Assembly (NCBI GenBank): GCA_958414825.1
Contig: CATYXQ010000003.1
Coordinates: forward strand, 3,689-67,688
Length of the DNA: 64,000 bases
Source: an uncultured Eubacteriales bacterium
Lineage (GTDB): Bacteria; Bacillota; Clostridia; Oscillospirales; CAG-272
Direction of reading: 5' to 3'
Under the pieces are notes generated by a model. It was not told where the DNA came from and made no database searches. It saw only the letters and a program-made list of their open reading frames with translations. Each line of letters begins with the position of its first letter. The first letter of the stretch is position 1. Shown piece after piece: positions 18,787 through 26,707 of the stretch. A program made the position numbers and the translations under genes.

Positions 18787-19420
18787 AGAACTGGCCGCGC
18801 GCGCGGCCGCCGCGCTTGAGGCGCTCTACCCGGACGCCGCCTGCTCGCTCGAATACGCGGGCGAACCCTGGAAGCTTTTGATTATGGCGCGGCTCTCCGC
18901 CCAGTGCACCGACGCGCGCGTCAACATCGTATCCGAAGATTTGTTCCGCAAATATCCCACGCTCGCCTCCGTGGCGGAAAGCGAGCTTTCCGAGCTTGAG
19001 GAGGCCGTCAAACCCTGCGGACTGTATAAAACCAAGGCAAAAAGCATCCGCGAGACCGCCGGGATTCTGATGCGCGATTTCGGCGGGCGTGTGCCGGACA
19101 CCATGGACGCGCTGCTTTCCCTGCCCGGCGTCGGACGCAAAATCGCCAATCTGATGCTCGGCGACGTGTTCGGACAGCCGAATATCGTCACCGATACCCA
19201 CTGCATCCGCATCTGCGGCCGGCTCGGCTTTTATCCGGAAAGCGAAAAGAATCCGGCGAAGATCGAAAAAATTTTAGACGGATGCGTGGAAAAGCCGATC
19301 CAGTCGGATTTCTGCCACCGTCTGGTGCTGTTCGGGCGGGATATTTGCACGGCGCGCGGTCCGCGCTGCGCCGACTGTCCGCTCAGCGAATTTTGCAAAC
19401 ACAATTCTGCAAAAAAATAG
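18776..19420 (+). CDS. nth: Endonuclease III
   Basis: Start moved to the ATG at 18776 (AGGGAGGA RBS; overlaps the pbp2 stop). HhH-GPD motif LPGVGRKIANLML. C-terminal 4Fe-4S cluster CTARGPRCADCPLSEFC. Confidence 0.85.
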   Translation: MQNKELAARAAAALEALYPDAACSLEYAGEPWKLLIMARLSAQCTDARVNIVSEDLFRKYPTLASVAESELSELEEAVKPCGLYKTKAKSIRETAGILMRDFGGRVPDTMDALLSLPGVGRKIANLMLGDVFGQPNIVTDTHCIRICGRLGFYPESEKNPAKIEKILDGCVEKPIQSDFCHRLVLFGRDICTARGPRCADCPLSEFCKHNSAKK

Positions 19421-19421
19421 A

Positions 19422-19450
19422 TTGCATTTATCCGCGCGCCGCGATATAAT
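19422..19450 (+). promoter_or_regulatory. sigmaA-type promoter for asnS
   Basis: TTGCAT (19422-19427), 17-nt spacer, TATAAT (19445-19450). Confidence 0.6.
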
Positions 19451-19521
19451 AATATAATAAAAAAACAGCCGCAAAACGGTTTTACAGAAATAGAAATTCA
19501 ATGTACTGTGAGGAAAATCAT

Positions 19522-20916
19522 ATGCAGAGAACAGAAATTCGCAGCATTTTTCAAAATCCCGACAGCGCAGCCAGGCAGGAAATCACGGTTTGCGGATGGG
19601 CGCGTTCCATCCGGGCAAGCAACGCGTTCGGCTTTATCGAACTGAACGACGGAAGCTGTTTCGGCAATCTGCAAATTGTATTTGAAGCGGACAAAATCGA
19701 AAATTACGCCGAAATCGCACGGCAGAACGTGGGCGCCGCGCTGGAAGCGACCGGTACGCTCGTGCTGACGCCGGGCGCAAAGCAGCCCTTTGAACTCAAG
19801 GCCGCTTCGGTGCGCGTGGAGGGCGTTTCTCTGCCCGACTATCCGCTGCAAAAGAAAAAACACTCGTTTGAATTTCTGCGCACCATCGCGCATCTGCGCC
19901 CGCGCGCCAACACGTTCAACGCTGTATTCCGCGTGCGGAGCGAATGCGCCTATGCGATCCACAATTTCTTCCATGAGCGCGGCTTTGTCTATGTCAACAC
20001 GCCGATCATTACGACCTCCGACTGCGAGGGCGCGGGCGAGATGTTCCGGGTGACCGCGCTGGATATGAACGATCTGCCGACGCTCCCGGACGGAACCGTC
20101 GATTTTTCGCAGGATTTCTTCGGCAAAAAAACCAGTCTGACCGTGTCCGGCCAACTCAACGCCGAATGCTTTGCACTCGCGTTCGGAAACGTCTACACGT
20201 TCGGTCCGACTTTCCGCGCCGAGCGCTCCAATACGGGGCGACATGCGGCGGAATTCTGGATGATGGAACCGGAGATGGCCTTTGCCGATCTGAACGACGA
20301 CATGGAGCTTGCCGAGGCCATGATAAAATCGGTCGTCCGTCATGTGATGGCGTCCTGCCCTGCCGAGCTTGAATTTTTCAACAAATTCTTCGATCAGACG
20401 CTGCTTTTGCGTCTGCAAAACCTGGTAGAAAACGATTTCGCGCGCGTCAGCTATACCGAAGCGATCCGCATTCTTGAAGAAAGCGGCCACGCCTTTGAAT
20501 ATCCGGTTTCGTTCGGTATCGACCTCCAGACCGAGCATGAGCGCTGGCTGACCGAAAAGGTATTCGGCAAGCCGGTGTTTGTCACCGACTATCCGAAAGA
20601 GATCAAGGCTTTCTACATGCGGCAGAACGACGACGGAAAAACCGTCGCCGCCATGGACATGTTGGTTCCGGGCGTCGGCGAACTGATCGGCGGTTCTCAG
20701 CGCGAAGAGCGCATGGATCGCCTGACCGAGGCAATGGCGCGCTTCGGCCTTTCCGAGGCGGATTATAAATGGTATTTGGATCTGCGCCGCTACGGCAGCG
20801 CAAAGCACGCGGGATTTGGCCTCGGTTTTGAGCGCCTCGTGATGTACCTGACCGGCGTATCCAACATCCGGGACGTGGAAGCTTTCCCGCGCACGACCGG
20901 CTCCGCCGAATTTTAA
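19522..20916 (+). CDS. asnS: Asparagine--tRNA ligase
   Basis: Class IIb aa[23 protein letters not shown] motif 2 region and [12 protein letters not shown] motif 3. Start set at the ATG preceded by GAGGAAAA (track ORF starts at 19501). Confidence 0.9.
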   Translation: MQRTEIRSIFQNPDSAARQEITVCGWARSIRASNAFGFIELNDGSCFGNLQIVFEADKIENYAEIARQNVGAALEATGTLVLTPGAKQPFELKAASVRVEGVSLPDYPLQKKKHSFEFLRTIAHLRPRANTFNAVFRVRSECAYAIHNFFHERGFVYVNTPIITTSDCEGAGEMFRVTALDMNDLPTLPDGTVDFSQDFFGKKTSLTVSGQLNAECFALAFGNVYTFGPTFRAERSNTGRHAAEFWMMEPEMAFADLNDDMELAEAMIKSVVRHVMASCPAELEFFNKFFDQTLLLRLQNLVENDFARVSYTEAIRILEESGHAFEYPVSFGIDLQTEHERWLTEKVFGKPVFVTDYPKEIKAFYMRQNDDGKTVAAMDMLVPGVGELIGGSQREERMDRLTEAMARFGLSEADYKWYLDLRRYGSAKHAGFGLGFERLVMYLTGVSNIRDVEAFPRTTGSAEF

Positions 20917-20961
20917 GCCGGGTTTACGGTTCAACCGACCCCATAAGGAGATTTTTGTTAT

Positions 20962-22248
20962 ATGAAGTATTCCGAACGCTCAACAGAAGAAAAAAAAGAA
21001 CTGCTGAAACGCGCGCAGATCGAATTTGACTGTCTGTGCAAGCTCAAGCTTTCGCTCGACCTCTCGCGCGGCAAGCCGATCACCGAGCAGCTCGATTTGT
21101 CCGACGCGCTTTTGACCTCGATCACCGGCGAACACGGCGATTACATCGGCGAGCGCGGCTTTGATTACCGCAACTATGGTCTGCTCGACGGGATTCCGGA
21201 AGCGAAGCGGCTGTTTTCACAGCTGCTCGACATCCCGAGTGAAAATCTGTTCGTCGGCGGCAACTCCAGCCTGAATATGATCTACGACGCGCTCACCCGC
21301 CTGATGCTGCACGGCGCGCCCGGCGTAGACATTCCCTGGTGCAAATACGACCGCGTCAAATTCATCTGTCCCGCGCCCGGCTACGACCGGCACTTCGCTA
21401 TGCTCGAAACGCTCGGCATCGAGATGATTACAGTCGAATATCTCGAAAACGGCCTGCTCGACATTGACCGCGTGGAAGCGCTTGCGCGCGATCCCGAAGT
21501 ACACGGCATGATCTGCGTGCCGAAATACTCCAATCCGACCGGCGCGACGTATCCGCGCGACGTCGTGCGCCGTCTGGCCAAGATGGAGTGCGCCGCGCCC
21601 GACTTCCGCATTGTGTGGGACAACGCCTATGTGGTGCACGACATCTACACTGAGGAGCATTTGGCCAATATCTTTGAGTTCGGACGCCGCTACGGCACCG
21701 AGGATCGGATTCTGTATTTTGCCTCGACCTCCAAGATCACATTCCCGGGTTCAGGAGTCGCGGTCATGGCGCTGAGCGAAACCAATATGGCACAGGCCAA
21801 AAAGCTCATCGGCATTCAGACCATCAGCTTCGACAAGCTCAATCAGCTTCGGCACGTCCGTTTCCTGAAAGACGCCGCGCATGTGCATGAACTCATGAAA
21901 CAACATGCAGAGATCATTCGGCCAAAGTTCGATATTGTGTTTGAATCGCTGGAAGCCGAACTCGGCGGACTGGGCATCGCAAGCTGGACAAAGCCGAACG
22001 GCGGCTATTTCATCAGCCTGACGCTGCTTGACGGCTGCGCAAAGCGCGTCTGGAATCTGATGAAGCAGGCCGGCGTAGTTTTGACCGCCGCGGGCGCGAC
22101 CTATCCGTACGGAAAGGATCCGCGCGACGCGAATCTGCGTCTTGCGCCGACCTATTCGCCCGCGCACGAGCTTGAAGTCTGCATTCAGGCGCTGTCCGCG
22201 TGCGTCCGCCTGGCGTCGCTCGAAAAAATGCTCGCCGACGAAGCGTAA
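20962..22248 (+). CDS. Class I/II PLP-dependent aminotransferase (putative aspartate aminotransferase)
   Basis: 428 aa. PLP-lysine context FASTSKITFPGSGVA. Fold-type I aminotransferase layout. Adjacent to asnS. Confidence 0.65.
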   Translation: MKYSERSTEEKKELLKRAQIEFDCLCKLKLSLDLSRGKPITEQLDLSDALLTSITGEHGDYIGERGFDYRNYGLLDGIPEAKRLFSQLLDIPSENLFVGGNSSLNMIYDALTRLMLHGAPGVDIPWCKYDRVKFICPAPGYDRHFAMLETLGIEMITVEYLENGLLDIDRVEALARDPEVHGMICVPKYSNPTGATYPRDVVRRLAKMECAAPDFRIVWDNAYVVHDIYTEEHLANIFEFGRRYGTEDRILYFASTSKITFPGSGVAVMALSETNMAQAKKLIGIQTISFDKLNQLRHVRFLKDAAHVHELMKQHAEIIRPKFDIVFESLEAELGGLGIASWTKPNGGYFISLTLLDGCAKRVWNLMKQAGVVLTAAGATYPYGKDPRDANLRLAPTYSPAHELEVCIQALSACVRLASLEKMLADEA

Positions 22249-22274
22249 GGCCGCGAATCTGCCTACATAAAACC

Positions 22275-22313
22275 GCGCCCGAAGCGAAACACTTTCGCTT
22301 CGGGGCGCTTTTT
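22275..22313 (+). terminator. Intrinsic terminator after aminotransferase gene
   Basis: About 15-bp stem GCGCCCGAAGCGAAA/TTTCGCTTCGGGGCGC (one bulge) followed by T5. Confidence 0.8.
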
Positions 22314-22421
22314 AGACAGTACAGGCTTTGAAGCCGCACGCTGTATTGGCCGCTTCGATTTCTTTGCGCCGGACGGCAATGAACGGCAGGCGGAAGTATC
22401 TGCCGATATGCAGCATGAGAC

Positions 22422-22450
22422 TTGACAAAAAACCTTTTTTTGTATATAAC
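22422..22450 (+). promoter_or_regulatory. Near-consensus sigmaA promoter reading into repeat copy B
   Basis: TTGACA (22422-22427), 17-nt spacer, TATAAC (22445-22450). The -10 hexamer is the first 6 nt of the repeat element. Confidence 0.55.
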
Positions 22451-22560
22451 GAAATGAAGATGTCCCCCGCCTCAAAGGCGGCGGGTTCCACTTCATTTTT
22501 TCAGCGGGCGTACAATCCCGTTGAAAACGTTGAATCACGGGGCAAAGCCCCCTATTGAAT
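22445..22560 (+). repeat. Copy B of ~117-nt three-hairpin repeat family (candidate sRNA / non-autonomous element)
   Basis: TATAACGAAATGAAGATGTCCCCCGCC-TCAAA-GGCGGCGGGTTCCACTTCATTTTTT / CAGCGGG-CGTACAAT-CCCGTTG / GGGGC-AAA-GCCCC. Matches copies A and C in reverse complement. Confidence 0.8.
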
Positions 22561-22600
22561 TAAGCTCTACGGTCGGAGGATCTGCAAACAGGATCTGTAA

Positions 22601-22658
22601 GGTTGGATAAGACGCGGAAACACCCATTTTATCCGGCCTTTTGTTTTATTCTTTTTTT
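22601..22658 (+). terminator. Intrinsic terminator downstream of repeat copy B / upstream of MATE gene
   Basis: 10-bp stem GGTTGGATAA/TTATCCGGCC (two G-U pairs, 18-nt loop) followed by TTTTGTTTTATTCTTTTTTT. Confidence 0.5.
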
Positions 22659-22705
22659 CATGGGAATACTCTATTCAAAGAGCGTTTTCTATAAGGAGGC
22701 GCGCC

Positions 22706-24037
22706 GTGCGTACACAGTCTGTTTATGAAAAACCCATAGAACTGCATACTGTTCTCAAATTTACGCTGCCTACCATGCTGATGATGGCGTTTACCTCGCT
22801 GTATACGCTGGTAGACGGCGTTGTCGTCTCGCGCTTTGTGGGAACGGACGCCCTCTCCGCGATCAACATCGTCTTTCCGCTGATTACCATGATAAGCGGC
22901 GTCGGCTTTATGTTCAGCACAGGCGGTACGGCCATCGCCGCCAAGCGCATGGGCGAGGGCAGACAGGCCGACGCCAATTCTTTCTTTACCCTGCTGGCGC
23001 TTGCGACCGGCGCGGTCAGTCTCCTGCTCTCTGCCGGAACGCTTGCGCTCGGCGACGAACTCTATTATCTGCTCGGCGCGGACGATTCGCTGCTCGACTA
23101 CTGCGTGCAGTACGGTCGAATCATGCTGCTCGGCAACGCCGTCTCCATGCTGCAAATTTTGTTTCAAAGCTTTCTGATTGCCGCCGACCGACCGCGGCTC
23201 GGACTGATTTTGACCGTTTTGTGCGGGCTTTGCAATATGATATTGGACGTGCTTTTCGTCCATACGCTCGACATGGGCATTGCGGGCGCGGCTGCCGCAA
23301 CCATTACCAGCGCGGCTGTCGGCTGTGTGTTCCCGATTTTTTACTTTATGTCCGGAAGGACGGCTCTGCGCTTTTCCCGCCCGGTATTCGACGGACGGGC
23401 GCTGCTCTTTGCCATGGCCAACGGCTCCTCCGAGATGGTTTCCAATCTGGCAAGCTCGGTGACAACATTTCTCTACAACATACAGATGCTCCGGCTTGCG
23501 GGCAACGCGGGCGTTGCGGCGATCACGGCCGTTTTGTACTCGCAGTTTTTGTTTTCCTCTTTGCTGATCGGGTTCACGACCGGATGCGCGCCGCTGGTCA
23601 GCTTCCACTACGGCGCCGGGAACCGGGAAAAGCTGCGCGCGCTGTTCCGCCTCTGTCTGCGGATCGTCTTTACGGTTTCGGGCGCGATGTTCCTTTTGGC
23701 CGAGCTTTCGGCGGAAAGCGCAATCGGCGTCTTTGCCGGAAACGACGCCGCCATGGCCGAAATCGGCGTCCGAGGCTTTCGCATATTCTCCGTTTCCTAT
23801 TTGCTTTGCGGATTGAATATTTTTGCCTCCGGTTTTTTCACCGCGCTCTGTAACGGGAAAGTTTCCGCGGGCATTTCGGTACTGCGCACCTTTTTGCTGC
23901 AGGTGGGCGCGATTCTGCTGCTGCCGCTGATTTTTAAAGTGGACGGCGTATTTGCCGCAATCCCCGTGGCCGAGCTTTTGACCGCTTTTATATCGGCGGC
24001 GCTCTTCGCCCGCTTCAGACGGCGGTACGGATACTGA
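22706..24037 (+). CDS. MATE family efflux transporter
   Basis: 443 aa, about 12 TM segments. N-terminus LKFTLPTMLMMAFTSLYTLVDGVVVSRFVGTDALSAINIVFP is typical of MATE/NorM. GTG start with an AAGGAGG RBS. Confidence 0.85.
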   Translation: MRTQSVYEKPIELHTVLKFTLPTMLMMAFTSLYTLVDGVVVSRFVGTDALSAINIVFPLITMISGVGFMFSTGGTAIAAKRMGEGRQADANSFFTLLALATGAVSLLLSAGTLALGDELYYLLGADDSLLDYCVQYGRIMLLGNAVSMLQILFQSFLIAADRPRLGLILTVLCGLCNMILDVLFVHTLDMGIAGAAAATITSAAVGCVFPIFYFMSGRTALRFSRPVFDGRALLFAMANGSSEMVSNLASSVTTFLYNIQMLRLAGNAGVAAITAVLYSQFLFSSLLIGFTTGCAPLVSFHYGAGNREKLRALFRLCLRIVFTVSGAMFLLAELSAESAIGVFAGNDAAMAEIGVRGFRIFSVSYLLCGLNIFASGFFTALCNGKVSAGISVLRTFLLQVGAILLLPLIFKVDGVFAAIPVAELLTAFISAALFARFRRRYGY

Positions 24038-24076
24038 AAAAAAGCGTCGGGAAACAAAGTTTCCCGACGCTTTTTT
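24037..24076. terminator. Bidirectional intrinsic terminator between convergent genes
   Basis: 11-bp stem GCGTCGGGAAA/TTTCCCGACGC flanked by A7 and T6. Confidence 0.8.
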
Positions 24077-24078
24077 CT

Positions 24079-26064
24079 TTATTCCCCAGAGGGAGCAAAA
24101 CGCGATTCATACTGAGACACAGGCTCTCCGAACACCGGCATTCCGCTCTCGTCAAAACCGAACTTCTGCACATGCAGATACCGCTCGCCTTTTTCGGTCG
24201 TGCGCGCATGGTAGGCTAACCAATATTCGGCGCCGTCGGGCGACAGAAATACCGAGCAGTGCCCGGGCGCGTAAACATTGTTTCCGGCGGTGAACATGAC
24301 CTTGTCATATTTTGTCCAGCTGGCTTTGGAGAGAATATCGGTCCCGGTAAACTCCAAAAGACCAAGACAATAGTAGGGTGAAGTCACATTGTTTGCGCTG
24401 TACACAAGGAACAGGCGTCCGTCATGCTCAAAGGTGTACGGCCCCTCGTTTACTTTGCCGTCTTTCGTTTCAAAATCAAAGGTCGCGCTGGACAGAACCG
24501 ATATTCGCTTGGGATCAATTGTCCAGGGGTTTTCAAGTCTTGCGATGGTGATTACGTTGCCGTTTAAAATGCGCGCGCAGGTCACGTAATTTTCTCCCTG
24601 ATAGGTGAACACATGCGCGTCGATGGCCCAGAGCGTATCGTTTAAAAAGCCTTTAAAAATATAGTCGCCGTATGGGTCGTCGCCGACGGCCTCAAGACAG
24701 AACAGACGAATGGATTTCGCCGGTTTGCCGCTCCCTTTTTCGGAAAGATCGGTCGCGCCGCTGGCGTAGATATACCATTTGCCGTCTACTTTTACGATCT
24801 CAGGCGCGTACAGCTTATGCTTGATCTCGCCCGTGTCGCTGGCCACATAAACGTCCTTGCCCTCGGCCGTGCGCAATTCGGCCAGTGTTTTTGCCCGGTA
24901 GAGCGTCACGCGGTCGTTTTTCGGCGAGGAGTACACCGCATAGTAGTACGCCGTTTCATGGTCGTATATGATGCAGGGGTCGCCGCCCGGAGTGGCTGTG
25001 CGCAGCGGATTTTGAATAAAGTCACGCATCTTTGAATCCTCATCTGTCAAATCAATTCCCACTTTGCCCTCGATATATTCTTCCGCAAAATACTGGCAAA
25101 GACGGCGCAAAACCGTATTGGAAGCGCCTCGCAGACAGACCGAGGTTCCCTCGATCAAAAGGGCGGCTTCTGTCCCGGTGAGCGAACCGGCTTTCCGGCT
25201 GATCGCGCGCGTGGTATCGCCGATGACGATTTCATTGGCCGCCGCGGGCGCGGAGTCGTCTATAACCGGCAGCTCTGTGCCGTATGCTTCTTTTACGGCG
25301 TCGGCCAAATCCCTGGCGGCAATTGTCTCAATCGCGTTCGCGCCGGCGCCGACGACAATGGTATATTCCGTGATTGGCGCCCCGCCGATGCGCAGACCGC
25401 CGGCTGAAGTTTCAGCCAAAACCGCAGCCATCGCCTGCGCGTCCACAGCGCCTGCCTGAACCAGCCGGTCGCAAAGCCTGTCCCCGGATTTCGGCGCAGC
25501 GGTCAGCGCGCGGTAGCAGATCTGAAATGCGTCCCCGCGGCAAAAAGTCGCGCCCGGCGCGCTGTTTTCGGTCAGTCCCGCAGTCTTGGCGAGCGTGAAC
25601 GGATCGCTCCACACAAAGTCTCCGCCGCCGTCGTTTGCATCCTCATACCCAAGCACGCGCAGAATGCTCGTCAGAAACGCCGCTTCCGTGATGCCTGCAT
25701 CCGTGCCGAAGCGGGTTTTGTCAATCCCCTGCGCAATGCCGTTCGTATAGACGTATCCCACATACGGCGCCGCCCATGCGGGCACGTCCGAAAACGGATG
25801 CGCAAAACTTCCCTCCAAAGCCTCGGCCTCCGCGCCGAGAAAGCGCACTACAAGCGCCATGGCCTGCGCGCGCGTCAAACTGTCCTCCAGCGCAAAATTC
25901 ACGCCGCCGTCCGCCGCGGCATAGCCCTGCACAAGTCCGAGCTTGTACAGCGCCTCGGCGCTCGACCTGGAAGCGTCCGCCGCAGCGGAAGCCGGCAGCG
26001 CGCTGAATAAAATCAAAAATGCCAGAAATACAGAAATAATTTGGATTGGTTTTTTCATAAACAC
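24079..26064 (-). CDS. S-layer-anchored glycoside hydrolase family 43-like protein
   Basis: 661 aa. Signal peptide (KKPIQIISVFLAFLILFSALPASAAA). Two N-terminal SLH-like repeats. C-terminal five-bladed-propeller-type GH43 signatures (DPCIIYDHETAYYYAVYS, YAPEIVKVDGKWYIYAS, NEGPYTFEHDGRLFLVYS). Confidence 0.7.
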   Translation of the reverse strand: MFMKKPIQIISVFLAFLILFSALPASAAADASRSSAEALYKLGLVQGYAAADGGVNFALEDSLTRAQAMALVVRFLGAEAEALEGSFAHPFSDVPAWAAPYVGYVYTNGIAQGIDKTRFGTDAGITEAAFLTSILRVLGYEDANDGGGDFVWSDPFTLAKTAGLTENSAPGATFCRGDAFQICYRALTAAPKSGDRLCDRLVQAGAVDAQAMAAVLAETSAGGLRIGGAPITEYTIVVGAGANAIETIAARDLADAVKEAYGTELPVIDDSAPAAANEIVIGDTTRAISRKAGSLTGTEAALLIEGTSVCLRGASNTVLRRLCQYFAEEYIEGKVGIDLTDEDSKMRDFIQNPLRTATPGGDPCIIYDHETAYYYAVYSSPKNDRVTLYRAKTLAELRTAEGKDVYVASDTGEIKHKLYAPEIVKVDGKWYIYASGATDLSEKGSGKPAKSIRLFCLEAVGDDPYGDYIFKGFLNDTLWAIDAHVFTYQGENYVTCARILNGNVITIARLENPWTIDPKRISVLSSATFDFETKDGKVNEGPYTFEHDGRLFLVYSANNVTSPYYCLGLLEFTGTDILSKASWTKYDKVMFTAGNNVYAPGHCSVFLSPDGAEYWLAYHARTTEKGERYLHVQKFGFDESGMPVFGEPVSQYESRFAPSGE

Positions 26065-26084
26065 CCTCCATGCTAAGAAATTCT

Positions 26085-26113
26085 ATATTATCAATATACA
26101 CGAAATTTGACAA
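26085..26113 (-). promoter_or_regulatory. sigmaA-type promoter for 24079-26064
   Basis: Minus strand: TTGTCA (26113-26108), 17-nt spacer, TAATAT (26090-26085). Confidence 0.5.
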
Positions 26114-26258
26114 ATAGTAAATACAAATTCAAAGACTTCTTGTATAATAAATATAATTGTTTGATTCCCAAAAGGCGCGGGCTTGCGGTACAAAGGACGC
26201 GCGTGCATAAGAGCCCCGGAAAGCCCATTTTTTTATATGCGCCCTGCTTTTCCGCAAT

Positions 26259-26286
26259 ATAAAAAGGCCGTCCGCAGACGGCCTTT
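26259..26286 (-). terminator. Intrinsic terminator after 31-codon ORF
   Basis: Minus strand: stem AAAGGCCGTC/GACGGCCTTT with a 4-nt loop, followed by TTTTTAT. Confidence 0.65.
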
Positions 26287-26328
26287 CTAAAAAGGAGGAA
26301 AAGAGCATAGCCCCGGCAACAGAAAAAA

Positions 26329-26424
26329 TTACAGAAATACGGAGCCCTGCGCAGTCAGTGCGACAAACAGCAAAACGGCGGCAGCCGCGACAAAAAACGA
26401 CCAAGACGGTTTCACGAGTTTCAT
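26329..26424 (-). CDS. Small hydrophobic peptide (31 aa), unannotated in ORF track
   Basis: ATG preceded by GGGAGGA with 4-nt spacing. Translates to MKLVKPSWSFFVAAAAVLLFVALTAQGSVFL (single TM segment). Followed within 45 nt by an intrinsic terminator. Confidence 0.45.
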   Translation of the reverse strand: MKLVKPSWSFFVAAAAVLLFVALTAQGSVFL

Positions 26425-26550
26425 ATTGTCCTCCCATGCGTTTGTTTCTATTCTTTAGTCGAATCCGCAAAACAAAATCCTCACCGGCAAGCCCGAATTT
26501 TTCCAAAACGCTTTTCCATCTGCCTTTTCTGCGCTTAAGCGCGCCCATAG

Positions 26551-26594
26551 AAAGCAATTGCCGGAGGCATACGTATGCCTCCGGCAATTGCTTT
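26551..26594. repeat. Perfect 44-nt palindrome (20-bp stem, 4-nt loop); probable terminator of 26708-30646
   Basis: AAAGCAATTGCCGGAGGCAT-ACGT-ATGCCTCCGGCAATTGCTTT. A second 12-nt palindrome GCGCTTAAGCGC lies at 26531-26542. Confidence 0.6.
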
Positions 26595-26707
26595 TCTTTT
26601 ACCGTACAAGTCCCGGCGCGCGCCGCCGTCCCGGAACGCATAGATTCAATCGCTTTGACGCCGCTCCGCAAAGCAGGACGCGGCGGTTCGGTTTGTTTTC
26701 CGAAAAA

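Noticed and set aside
19498-20934. 478-aa minus-strand ORF covering asnS. Similar cases: 96-1313, 8832-9941, 16447-17739, 35401-36909, 37441-38652, 40106-41356, 41393-43075, 47363-48571, 49251-50255
   Set aside because: Each is antisense to a CDS with clear family motifs. The translations are Arg/Ala/Gly-rich with no recognisable domains.
22328-22558. 76-aa ORF running through repeat copy B, with the analogous ORFs 4613-4876 and 30690-30887/30889-31539 at copies A and C
   Set aside because: The frames differ between copies, there is no RBS, and the sequence is better explained by conserved hairpins than by a conserved peptide.
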